64,000 nucleotides of DNA from the NCBI GenBank assembly GCA_045132495.1, contig JBGUSK010000075.1:350-64349 (forward strand), in the 5' to 3' direction. The position numbers and the translations under genes are program-made. This DNA comes from Christensenellales bacterium. Its GTDB lineage: Bacteria; Bacillota; Clostridia; Christensenellales; Aristaeellaceae. The notes beneath the pieces were generated by a model that saw nothing but the letters and a program-made list of their open reading frames with translations, did no database searches and was not told the DNA's origin. Position 1 is the stretch's first letter; the number at the start of each line of letters is the position of its first letter. Below are positions 25,536 through 33,830 of the stretch, piece after piece.

Positions 25536-27482
25536 TCAGTTCTCAGGCGTGACCATCCACCAGTCCGCCGTCACATCTCCGGCGAAGATGATGTAAAGGT
25601 CGGTTTTTCCGCTGACAGCGGCGCAATCCACAGTGATCTCGCCCTCATGCCCCGCAGGCAGGGTCATCTCACAGAGCACATCGCCGTCGATCTTGCCGGT
25701 GGCGACGCGCACAGCACCGCCATTGTCGGAGGACGCACACAGGGTAAACTGCTTGGCGCCCTGCGCAAAGTCCACCTCCTTCACCTGCAGCCAGTCGCCG
25801 GAGGTGGCGACGGTGCGGGCTTCGTCCGCATAGCCGGTGACGGTCAGGCCTGCCTGGCGATACATCGTCTGGGCGGACACGCACTGGTACGGATTGAAGC
25901 TTTCCAGCTGGCCGACGCCCTTCATCGTGCCCTTCACCGGGCCGAGGGAGCCATCCGCATTCACGGGCAGCACGTTGATCTGCGGGCTGCGGTAGTTGCC
26001 GGTGATGCCCATCGACTTCTCCACCGGACGGTTATGGTACAGCAGATAGTGCACGCCCTTGAAGGTCACGATGGAGTGATGGTTGTTGCCGTAAAGCCCG
26101 AAGAACCGGCCCTGATTGACAAACAGCTCGCCGCCGTAGGTGAAGGGGCCCATGGGGCTGTCTGACACCATGTAGTTGATCGCGCCGGAGGTCAGGCCGT
26201 AGGGATTGCCGGTGGTGTTCCAGTTGGAGCAGTAGGAGTAGTAATACCTGCCGCCAATCTTGTTCATGCCGCTGTCTTCAAAGACGTAGGGCGCGTCAAT
26301 GACCTGCGGCTCGCCGATGATGGAGATCATATCGTCCCCCAATTGGACGCAGCGGATAGTGCCGGGGTTGGCGTCCATGCCCGCAGGCACACCGCCGCCG
26401 AAGTACAGATAGCCCGTGCCGTCGTCATCCACGAACACGGCGGGGTCAAAGAGCCACAGCACGTTGGCGCAGTTGGGGGTCTTGCGGGTGATGAGGCCAT
26501 GTCCCAGCGGATCGGTCCAGGGACCAGCAGGATCATCCGCCGTCAGCACGGACACACCGTTGCCGCCGTTGCAGAAGTACAGGAAAAACTTGTCCTTGCC
26601 GTCCACGACCTTATGAGCAGCCGCGGGCGCCCAGGAGTTGTTCGCCCACTTGGCAATCCCCTTGCGCCCCGCCACAGGAATCGCGCCGTGATCCGTCCAG
26701 TTGACGAGGTCAGCAGAAGAAATGCAGTTGATCTTGTTCACCAGACCGTAGCCGTTTTCCTTCACGGTGCCGTCGGCGTTGTACTCAATCACATCGTTGG
26801 TGGTGTAAACGTAAAGGCGGTCATTCCAGACCAGATAGCCGGGGTCTGCGCCGAAGCGCTGGGTGAACAGCGGGTTGTTTTCGCCGTCCTTCTTGTGGCT
26901 CTTATTCAGCTGCAGATCGTTGAACATGGCGTTGAGTTCCTCCTTGGTTTCAGGCATCATGAAGGGCTCGGCGGCCAGCTCCTCCTCGGTTTGGGGGGCA
27001 GCGCCGGTGATGCGGAAGTTGCGGATGGTGAAAGGCGTGGTGGCTTCGCCGCTGCCAGTGGGGCTCCCACCCTCGATGTAGAGGACGTATGTGTCGAAGT
27101 CACCCGCCGTCCAAGAGGCGGAGAGGGTCGTCCACTCATCCTTGGGGACGTCTGCAGCGACGATGTTCTCATAGGATGTCTCTTCGCCCTTTTTGTGCTC
27201 GCAGGAAAGGATGAATCGCCCGGAATCAAGCTTGGTCTGCTTCACCTCAACAGAGATCGTGTAGATCTCGCCGGGCGCCAGCTCAAAGGCTCGTCCGGGG
27301 GAATTCCATGCAGACTTGCGAAAATCGGTCAGCAGGCCCTCCTTCGTCACCCGCACGGAGCAGCCGCGGCCATACCAGCCATCGGTGCTGACGGAGAAGT
27401 CGGACTCGTAATCAAGCTGCGCCGCATGGGCGATGCTGCACAGCAGGAGCAAGGACAGGAGAATGATAACGATGCGCTTCAT
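25536..27482 (-). CDS. Secreted GH43 arabinofuranosidase/xylosidase-type enzyme with N- and C-terminal carbohydrate-binding modules
   Basis: Signal peptide. GH43 core FGADPGYLVWNDRLYVYTTND ... NSWAPAA. C-terminal CBM6-like segment. 648 aa. Confidence 0.8.
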   Translation of the reverse strand: MKRIVIILLSLLLLCSIAHAAQLDYESDFSVSTDGWYGRGCSVRVTKEGLLTDFRKSAWNSPGRAFELAPGEIYTISVEVKQTKLDSGRFILSCEHKKGEETSYENIVAADVPKDEWTTLSASWTAGDFDTYVLYIEGGSPTGSGEATTPFTIRNFRITGAAPQTEEELAAEPFMMPETKEELNAMFNDLQLNKSHKKDGENNPLFTQRFGADPGYLVWNDRLYVYTTNDVIEYNADGTVKENGYGLVNKINCISSADLVNWTDHGAIPVAGRKGIAKWANNSWAPAAAHKVVDGKDKFFLYFCNGGNGVSVLTADDPAGPWTDPLGHGLITRKTPNCANVLWLFDPAVFVDDDGTGYLYFGGGVPAGMDANPGTIRCVQLGDDMISIIGEPQVIDAPYVFEDSGMNKIGGRYYYSYCSNWNTTGNPYGLTSGAINYMVSDSPMGPFTYGGELFVNQGRFFGLYGNNHHSIVTFKGVHYLLYHNRPVEKSMGITGNYRSPQINVLPVNADGSLGPVKGTMKGVGQLESFNPYQCVSAQTMYRQAGLTVTGYADEARTVATSGDWLQVKEVDFAQGAKQFTLCASSDNGGAVRVATGKIDGDVLCEMTLPAGHEGEITVDCAAVSGKTDLYIIFAGDVTADWWMVTPEN

Positions 27483-27485
27483 ACC

Positions 27486-28979
27486 TTATTCCTCCTCAAC
27501 GTGGTAGGTGAAGCCGGTGAATCGGGCGCTGCCGCCGGTTTCCCGGGTGGAATACATGAACAGCCCGATGCGGCAGCCCATGAAGTGATCCAGCCGGTAG
27601 ACGAGCTGGTGGGGCGGGCCGAATTCCAGCCTGCCCGCCTGTGCATCCGCGAGGATGAATTGCACCGTGTCGTTGGTGAAGTCGAACCGTGCGTGCAGGC
27701 GGGAGACATCGCCCAGGGGCCGTTCGGCTTCTGTGATGATCTCGCCGGTATCCGCATCCCTGCGGGTATAAACGAGGTACAGCCCATCCTCCTTCCGGGT
27801 AACGGCGAGCTGGGCGAAGCAGCCCATCAGCGCGCAGATGCCCGCATAATCGCCGATCTTCATGTCCTCCGGGTGCAGGCACACGCCGGCCTCGCACTTC
27901 GGGCCGAAGCAGCGCTGGGTCAGGGTGTTGATGGCCTCGGTACAGTTGGTCGCCAGACGGTCAGTGGTGATGCGCAAGCCATGCGTCGTATCCACCAGTG
28001 CCGGATGCGGTTCGTGATTCCACTGCCACAGCGGGGATGTCGGTATGCGTGTCAACTGACCGGTGGCATACAACGGCGCGTATTCATAATCCGGGCGGGA
28101 GGAGGGCAGATCAAGCTGCTTGGGGACCTCATCGACCACCGGCCAGCCGTCCGCCCAGCGGAAGGGCACGACCACCGGGATGCGCCCCACCGCACCGTGA
28201 TCCTGGAACAGGAACAGCGCCCAGGAGCCGTCGTGCAGCTGTACCGGGCCGCCCTGGGCCACGCCATCATGGCGCTCATCCAGGTCAAGCTCCATGAACT
28301 CGCCGCCCTCAAAGGCACCGTCGAGAGTTTTCGCGCGGAAGCAGCCCATCGCGCGCATGGCATCGGGCCGCCAGTGGATGCAGAACAGGTAGTACCCGCC
28401 GTCGTGCTTGATGAGGTGACTGCCCTCCCAGCCCAGCCGGGGATTGTCGTCCACCACGACCACGCGATCCAGTCCGCCCTCCTTCGGGGCAGACAGGTCA
28501 GCCGTCAGCTCGGTGATGCGAACCGTGCGGTTGCCGTGGGCAACGTATACTCTGCCGTCGTCATCAAACAGCAAACCGGGGTCGTACCAGAAGGCGGGAG
28601 CCCCGCCGGCACCGGTCATTTCCTGGCGCGACCAGGGGCCCTCGGCCTGTTCGGCGGTGTAATGGTAGCTGTGTCCGGTGTCATTGGACGTAAACACCAC
28701 ATGGAAACGTCCGCCGTGGTGCTTGAGGGACGCAGCCCACATGCCCTTGCCATAAATATGGGGCGGCTTACCTTCCCCCTCCATACGCTGGCGGGCGGTT
28801 TCGCCCAGGGTGTCGTAGACATAGCCGCAGTGCTCCCAGTGCATCAGGTCATAGGAACGCAGGATCTGCGCGCCGGGAAACATGTGCATCGTCGTGGAAA
28901 CCATGTAGTAGCAGTCCCCCACCCGTACCACGTCGGGGTCGGGGAAATCGGCATATATGACGGGATTGGTCGCGTGCAT
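27486..28979 (-). CDS. GH43 beta-xylosidase/alpha-L-arabinofuranosidase (intracellular type)
   Basis: NPVIYADFPDPDVVRVGDCYYMVSTT at the N-terminus. No signal peptide. SD GGGAGG. Confidence 0.85.
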   Translation of the reverse strand: MHATNPVIYADFPDPDVVRVGDCYYMVSTTMHMFPGAQILRSYDLMHWEHCGYVYDTLGETARQRMEGEGKPPHIYGKGMWAASLKHHGGRFHVVFTSNDTGHSYHYTAEQAEGPWSRQEMTGAGGAPAFWYDPGLLFDDDGRVYVAHGNRTVRITELTADLSAPKEGGLDRVVVVDDNPRLGWEGSHLIKHDGGYYLFCIHWRPDAMRAMGCFRAKTLDGAFEGGEFMELDLDERHDGVAQGGPVQLHDGSWALFLFQDHGAVGRIPVVVPFRWADGWPVVDEVPKQLDLPSSRPDYEYAPLYATGQLTRIPTSPLWQWNHEPHPALVDTTHGLRITTDRLATNCTEAINTLTQRCFGPKCEAGVCLHPEDMKIGDYAGICALMGCFAQLAVTRKEDGLYLVYTRRDADTGEIITEAERPLGDVSRLHARFDFTNDTVQFILADAQAGRLEFGPPHQLVYRLDHFMGCRIGLFMYSTRETGGSARFTGFTYHVEEE

Positions 28980-29090
28980 GCGTGCACCTCCCTGTAAACG
29001 ATTGGCTGTATCCTTATCATAACAGCTTGAACAAAGGATTGGCCTCGCACATCTTGCCGGATTCTATGTGGATTTTGCTTTTCTCCACGC

Positions 29091-29120
29091 AAAAGGGAGC
29101 CATGCTCGCGCATGACTCCC
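29091..29120 (-). terminator. Rho-independent terminator after the ABC exporter genes
   Basis: Minus-strand stem GGGAGTCATGC / GCATGGCTCCC followed by TTTT. Confidence 0.6.
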
Positions 29121-29127
29121 TGCGGGA

Positions 29128-30930
29128 TCAAATGTTGACGCCCTGTTCACGGGCCTGAGCGGTGTAAAGCTCGTAGTAGGCGCCCTTTTTCGCCATCAGC
29201 TCGTCGTGGGAACCAGCTTCCATGATCCCCTTGTTGCCGATGTAGAGGATGCGGTCGCAGTTCTTGATGGTGGACAGGCGATGGGCGATGATGAAGGAGG
29301 TGCGGCCCTTGAGCAGCGCCTGGATGCCGTCCTGCAGGAGCTTCTCCGTCTTGGTGTCGATGGAGGAGGTGGCCTCATCCAGGATCAGGATGCGGGGATC
29401 GCTCAGCAGCGTACGGGCGAAGGCGATCAGCTGACGCTGGCCCTGGCTGAGACTGGAGCCGCGCTCGTTGACGCTGGTTTGATACTGCTGGGGCATCTCG
29501 CGGATGAAGTCATCCGCGCGCACCACGGCGGCGGCCTGGCGGACTTCCTCGTCGGTAGCGTTCAGGCGGCCATAGCGGATGTTGTCCATCAGCGTGCCGG
29601 TGAAGATGAAGGAATCCTGCAGCATGATGCCCAGCTGGGTGCGCAGGCTGTGGATGGTCACATCCGTGATGTCGTGCTTTTCGCCCTTCTCGTCAGTGAG
29701 AAGGATCTTGCCGCCGCGCAGGTTGTAGAAGCGGCACAGCAGGTTCACGATGGTGGACTTGCCCGCGCCGGTGGGACCGACCAGGGCAATGGATTCGCCC
29801 GCCTTGACATGAAGATTCAGGTCCTCCAGCACCGTCTGGCCCTCTTCGTAGCCGAAGTTGACGTGCTCAAAATCGACCTCGCCGGTGATGGCAGGCAGCG
29901 TGGTCGCGCCGGGCTTATCATCCACCACAACGGGCTCATCCATAGTTTCGAAGATGCGCTCCAGGTAAGCCAGGTTGTTGACGAAGGAATTGTAGATGTT
30001 CGCCAGGTTGGTGATGGGCTGCCAGAAGCGGTTGAGGTACTGACCCATCGCCAGGATGGTACCGAAGGCGATGATGCCGCCGCCCACCCAATACACGCCC
30101 GCGATATACAGCAGTGTAAACACGATCTGGGTGGTCAGGGCAGAGGTCAGCCACACGGTGTTGGAAATGTAAATTGCACGCATCCATACCTTCCGGCAGG
30201 CGATCGCCAGCTTCTTCATGATGGAGATATTAACTTCCTGGCGGGAGAATATCTGGGAAACGCGAACGCCGTCAATGGACTCTGCCAGATAGGCGTTATA
30301 GTTGGAGTTTTTGTTGGACTGCGCCTGCCAGGCCTTGCGCTGCCTCGGCTTGATGAACATGATGAATGCCACGAACACCGGCAGTCCAGCCACGACCACC
30401 GTCGCCAGGGTAGGCTCGGTGGCGTACATGAACACCACGATGAAGATCACGTTGATGATCTCCAGGATGGCGTTGATGATGCCGTTGGACAGGATATCCG
30501 ACACGGAGTTGACATAGTTGATCACGCGCACGAGGATCTTTCCGGCGGGGCGGCTGTCGTAGTAGGAGAAGGGCAGCCGCTGCAGGTGGGCAAACAGATC
30601 CTTGCGGATATCGTAAATGATCTCCTGGGAGACCTTGGCCATCATGCGGGAACGGATGACCGTAAACGCGATGGAAACGGAGATGATGCCCAGGTATGCC
30701 AGCGCCATGGGCAGCAGCTGATCCGCCGCCTTGTTAGGCACGATGACATTCAGCACATGCTCGGTGATCTTGGGGGAGAACAGGCCTGCGATGGAGGCGA
30801 AGGAGCTCAGCAGCAGCGCAATGAGCATCTTCCACTTATGGCGGCCGATGTAATAAATAACGCGCTTCAGGTGGCCTGCGTCAAAGGGGCTCTCCAGGCT
30901 CTCGTCCACGTCGAACTTATTGCGTGCCAT
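29128..30930 (-). CDS. ABC exporter, fused permease/ATPase (multidrug/lipid-type)
   Basis: Six-TM domain, then Walker A GPTGAGKST, signature LSQGQRQ and Walker B ILILDEATS. Confidence 0.9.
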   Translation of the reverse strand: MARNKFDVDESLESPFDAGHLKRVIYYIGRHKWKMLIALLLSSFASIAGLFSPKITEHVLNVIVPNKAADQLLPMALAYLGIISVSIAFTVIRSRMMAKVSQEIIYDIRKDLFAHLQRLPFSYYDSRPAGKILVRVINYVNSVSDILSNGIINAILEIINVIFIVVFMYATEPTLATVVVAGLPVFVAFIMFIKPRQRKAWQAQSNKNSNYNAYLAESIDGVRVSQIFSRQEVNISIMKKLAIACRKVWMRAIYISNTVWLTSALTTQIVFTLLYIAGVYWVGGGIIAFGTILAMGQYLNRFWQPITNLANIYNSFVNNLAYLERIFETMDEPVVVDDKPGATTLPAITGEVDFEHVNFGYEEGQTVLEDLNLHVKAGESIALVGPTGAGKSTIVNLLCRFYNLRGGKILLTDEKGEKHDITDVTIHSLRTQLGIMLQDSFIFTGTLMDNIRYGRLNATDEEVRQAAAVVRADDFIREMPQQYQTSVNERGSSLSQGQRQLIAFARTLLSDPRILILDEATSSIDTKTEKLLQDGIQALLKGRTSFIIAHRLSTIKNCDRILYIGNKGIMEAGSHDELMAKKGAYYELYTAQAREQGVNI

Positions 30931-30932
30931 GA

Positions 30933-32690
30933 TTACTCAACCTCCTTTCCGGAAGGAGCTTCATCAATATCGATGCCGTTCTGCAGGCAGAAGGTCTCGT
31001 AGTAGTAGCCGCGGTTCTTCAGCAACTCCTCGTGTGTGCCGCGCTCGGAGATCTCGCCGTCCTGCAGGATGAGGATCTCATCCGCCTCCTTGACGGAGGA
31101 GATGCGCTGGGCAATGATGATCTTGGTGCAGTCATAGGGCAGCTCGCGCAGCTGCTGCTGGATGTACTGCTCGGTCTCCATATCCACGGCGGAGGTGGTG
31201 TCGTCCATGATGAGGATGCCGGGCTGGACGACCAGCGCACGGGCCAGGGCAATACGCTGCTTCTGGCCGCCGGAGAGGCCCACGCCGCGTTCGCCCACGA
31301 TGGTGTCGTAGCCATCGGAAAGGTGCTCGATGAAGTCCCCTGCCGCCGCACGGCGGGCGAAGTCATGCACCTGCTCTTCGGTCAGCTCCTGATCACCGAA
31401 GGCAATGTTGCCCTCCACGGTGTCGGAGAAGAGGAAGACGTCCTGGGTAGCAGTGCCGATGCCATCGCGCAGCTGATTCAGCTTCCAGCGCTTGATGGGG
31501 CAGCCGTCCACCAGGATCTCACCCTGCTTGACCTCATAGCAGCGGGCCAGCAGCTGGATGATGGTGGTCTTGCCGGAACCGGTGGGGCCCATGATCGCCA
31601 GTGTCTTGCCGGGGGCCACCTTGAAGCTCACATTTTTGAGGACAGGGGCGCCATCATGGCTGAAGGACACATTGCGGAACTCCACCTCACCCTTGACGCG
31701 ATCATGCTCCACCGCGTCAGGCGCATCAACGATGTCCGCCCTGGACAGTTCCAGCTCCATGACCTTGTTGGAGCAAGTAATGAAACGCTGCCAGTCATTG
31801 AGCAGGTTGCCCAGATTGCGCATGGGCACGGACAGCGCCCAGGAAAGGCTGGTGAAGACGGTCAGGTCGCCAGCGGTCATTTCGCCCTGGATCATCAGGA
31901 AGCCGCCGAAGAAGACAGTGATGAGGGTCATGGCGTTGGCGAGGATCTCAATAAAGGGGAAGAAGGTCAACCAGCGCTTGTTGATTGCCAGATGAGCGTC
32001 ACGGAAGGCAGAGGATCGCTTGTCAAAGGCGTCCTTCTCATATTCCTCGCGGGCAAAGGCCTTGATGACGCGGTTGGCGGCGATGTTCTCCTGGGCCGCG
32101 GCGTTCATCTCGCTCTGACGCTCACGCATGGCCATGAACAGCTTGCGGGAGCCCTTTGAATACACCTTGGTGATCAGCATCAGCACGGGTGTAACGCACA
32201 CCAGCGCCAGCGCAAGCTTCCAGTTGATCCAGAACAGGTAGATGGACGTGGACAGGAACATGACCACGCTGTCAATGATGGAATAATCAATGTAGCTCAG
32301 GAAATGACGGCACCAGTCCGTATCGGCGGACATGCGGGTCATCAGATCACCGGTGCGGTGCCGGTCGAAGAAGCGGGTGTCCTGATACTGCAGACGCGTG
32401 AACAGCCGCACACGCAGGTTATAGATCACATTCTGGCTTGTTTTTTCCAGCGTGATGACCATCAGGTATCGGAAGCCTTCATGGAGGATCCGCACCGCCA
32501 GCATGGCAAACAGAATACCCAGCAGAGGATCGGGATTCTGCGCGATGATGACATCATCCACCAGGCGCTTTTGCAGCGTCGGATTGATCAGCAGCCCCAG
32601 AGAGCTGACCGCACTGATGCACAGCGCCATGATGTGCCACTTGCGGTACTTCTTGTCCATCAGGCCAAAAAGCCATTTGATGTTTTCCAC
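30933..32690 (-). CDS. ABC exporter, fused permease/ATPase (partner subunit)
   Basis: GPTGSGKTT, LSGGQKQR, ILIMDDTTS. Start set to GTG 32690, 8 nt after AGGAGGG. The track ORF extends to 32834. Confidence 0.85.
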   Translation of the reverse strand: MENIKWLFGLMDKKYRKWHIMALCISAVSSLGLLINPTLQKRLVDDVIIAQNPDPLLGILFAMLAVRILHEGFRYLMVITLEKTSQNVIYNLRVRLFTRLQYQDTRFFDRHRTGDLMTRMSADTDWCRHFLSYIDYSIIDSVVMFLSTSIYLFWINWKLALALVCVTPVLMLITKVYSKGSRKLFMAMRERQSEMNAAAQENIAANRVIKAFAREEYEKDAFDKRSSAFRDAHLAINKRWLTFFPFIEILANAMTLITVFFGGFLMIQGEMTAGDLTVFTSLSWALSVPMRNLGNLLNDWQRFITCSNKVMELELSRADIVDAPDAVEHDRVKGEVEFRNVSFSHDGAPVLKNVSFKVAPGKTLAIMGPTGSGKTTIIQLLARCYEVKQGEILVDGCPIKRWKLNQLRDGIGTATQDVFLFSDTVEGNIAFGDQELTEEQVHDFARRAAAGDFIEHLSDGYDTIVGERGVGLSGGQKQRIALARALVVQPGILIMDDTTSAVDMETEQYIQQQLRELPYDCTKIIIAQRISSVKEADEILILQDGEISERGTHEELLKNRGYYYETFCLQNGIDIDEAPSGKEVE

Positions 32691-32771
32691 GGTATTCTTT
32701 CCCTCCTGTATGTCCCGGTCAGCCGGAAGCGTGCGGACATGCCGCGTCGTGAGGTACATAAATTCGCGGAC

Positions 32772-32802
32772 AGTATAGCACGGAATCGTTGCGTGCGCAA
32801 CG
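32772..32802 (-). promoter_or_regulatory. Candidate promoter with overlapping 7-bp inverted repeat (possible operator)
   Basis: Minus strand: TTGCGC, 17-nt spacer, TATACT. Palindrome CGTTGCG-tg-CGCAACG (32787-32802) overlaps the -35. Confidence 0.3.
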
Positions 32803-33030
32803 GCTGAAATGGGATGATTCACGTCAATTTGCACAAATCAGATGTTATCTTATCAGAAGAATTCTTGGCGTACTTTTCAGCATTTTTCTCGCCACAGGCA
32901 GTACACATTCATATCTTCCGGCGGTATGACAAACGAGCCGTTATCCCGCCGCAGACCACTCCCACAGCACTGCTGTGGAGTCAATGCCAGGGAAGGGAAA
33001 AATTTCTTCAAAATTTTTTGAAAAAAGGTG

Positions 33031-33059
33031 TTGACAAGCCCTCAGTATTGTGCTATACT
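33031..33059 (+). promoter_or_regulatory. Near-consensus SigA promoter of the tRNA pair
   Basis: TTGACA, 17-nt spacer, TATACT, preceded by an A/T-rich UP-like tract. Confidence 0.7.
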
Positions 33060-33105
33060 AATTCTCGCAGTCGAGCGAGAAAGCTCCCTGCCGGACAAAA
33101 GCCGA

Positions 33106-33176
33106 TGGGGAATGGTGTAACGGTAGCACCTGCGACTCTGACTCGTATTGCCTAGGTTCGAATCCTAGTTCCCCAG
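33106..33176 (+). tRNA. tRNA-Gln (anticodon CTG)
   Basis: Cloverleaf read by eye: acceptor TGGGGAA/TTCCCCA, anticodon arm TGCGA-CTCTGAC-TCGTA, T-arm CTAGG-TTCGAAT-CCTAG. CCA is not encoded. Confidence 0.9.
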
Positions 33177-33184
33177 CTTTATAT

Positions 33185-33257
33185 GCCTCCGTTGTCTAGA
33201 GGCCTAGGACGCGGCCCTCTCAAGGCTGAAACAGGGGTTCGAATCCCCTCGGAGGTG
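33185..33257 (+). tRNA. tRNA-Glu (anticodon CTC)
   Basis: Acceptor GCCTCCG/CGGAGGT, anticodon arm CGGCC-CTCTCAA-GGCTG, T-arm AGGGG-TTCGAAT-CCCCT. Confidence 0.85.
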
Positions 33258-33261
33258 CTTA

Positions 33262-33290
33262 AGCTCTGAATCGTAAGATTCAGAGCTTTT
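33262..33290 (+). terminator. Rho-independent terminator after the tRNAs
   Basis: 11-bp stem AGCTCTGAATC / GATTCAGAGCT followed by TTTT. Confidence 0.8.
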
Positions 33291-33521
33291 CACTTGTCTG
33301 AAGAAATTGCCGTCACCTTACCAGCACCACTTCCACGCTTCTCCGTGGATAACTTGTTTTATCACCCCTGGCACAGATTCCCGACCACATCTTCCATCCC
33401 CGGTGTTGACTTGCAATCCCTTGCCCTGCAAGCTGCAAGTTTACATGCAAAAGGGCTTTCCGACAGGTCAAAATGCAAGTACAGATAAAAAACATTTTTC
33501 ATGAAATCCTGCATTGTCCTC

Positions 33522-33549
33522 TTGATTTTCCGCTTTCGATGCGTATAAT
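33522..33549 (+). promoter_or_regulatory. SigA-type promoter upstream of a 39-codon ORF
   Basis: TTGATT, 16-nt spacer, TATAAT. Confidence 0.5.
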
Positions 33550-33618
33550 TAGAAGCACAAGAAGATATTTGCAGGGTTTCCTGCATTATGTGGACCAATA
33601 TGGTCGGGAGGTAAGCTT

Positions 33619-33738
33619 ATGATGTGGATTCTGGTGGCTGCTCTGGTTGGTGTGGTGACCCTGTCCGTGAAGGAACAGCTTGACCGTGAACGCGATGTAC
33701 ACTGCATGCGTCAGCTGGCCCGCGAGTATTCTTACTGA
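33619..33738 (+). CDS. Candidate 39-aa single-TM peptide (below the track's 60-aa minimum ORF length)
   Basis: GGGAGG SD 7 nt upstream of the ATG. Sequence MMWILVAALVGVVTLSVKEQLDRERDVHCMRQLAREYSY. Hairpin GCCCGGA..TCCGGGC lies 13 nt after the stop. Confidence 0.35.
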   Translation: MMWILVAALVGVVTLSVKEQLDRERDVHCMRQLAREYSY

Positions 33739-33788
33739 CCTGATTTGTTTGCCCGGAGCGGACGCGTTCCGGGCTAATTTGCACCATA

Positions 33789-33817
33789 AAGGGGACTGTC
33801 ATCACGACAGTCCCCTT
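33789..33817. terminator. Hairpin terminator downstream of pheT
   Basis: 12-bp stem AAGGGGACTGTC / GACAGTCCCCTT. Confidence 0.7.
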
Positions 33818-33830
33818 ATACGTTTTGGAA

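Noticed and set aside
33293-33598. Short ORFs after the tRNAs (33294..33488 +, 33307..33504 +, 33313..33495 -, 33362..33598 -)
   Set aside because: They are mutually overlapping in all frames, lack SDs and have implausible composition. The region is more likely non-coding.
33106-33830. The tRNA-Gln/Glu pair as attachment site of an integrated island
   Set aside because: I found no second copy of either tRNA 3' end downstream and no integrase. Only the composition is slightly A/T-richer.
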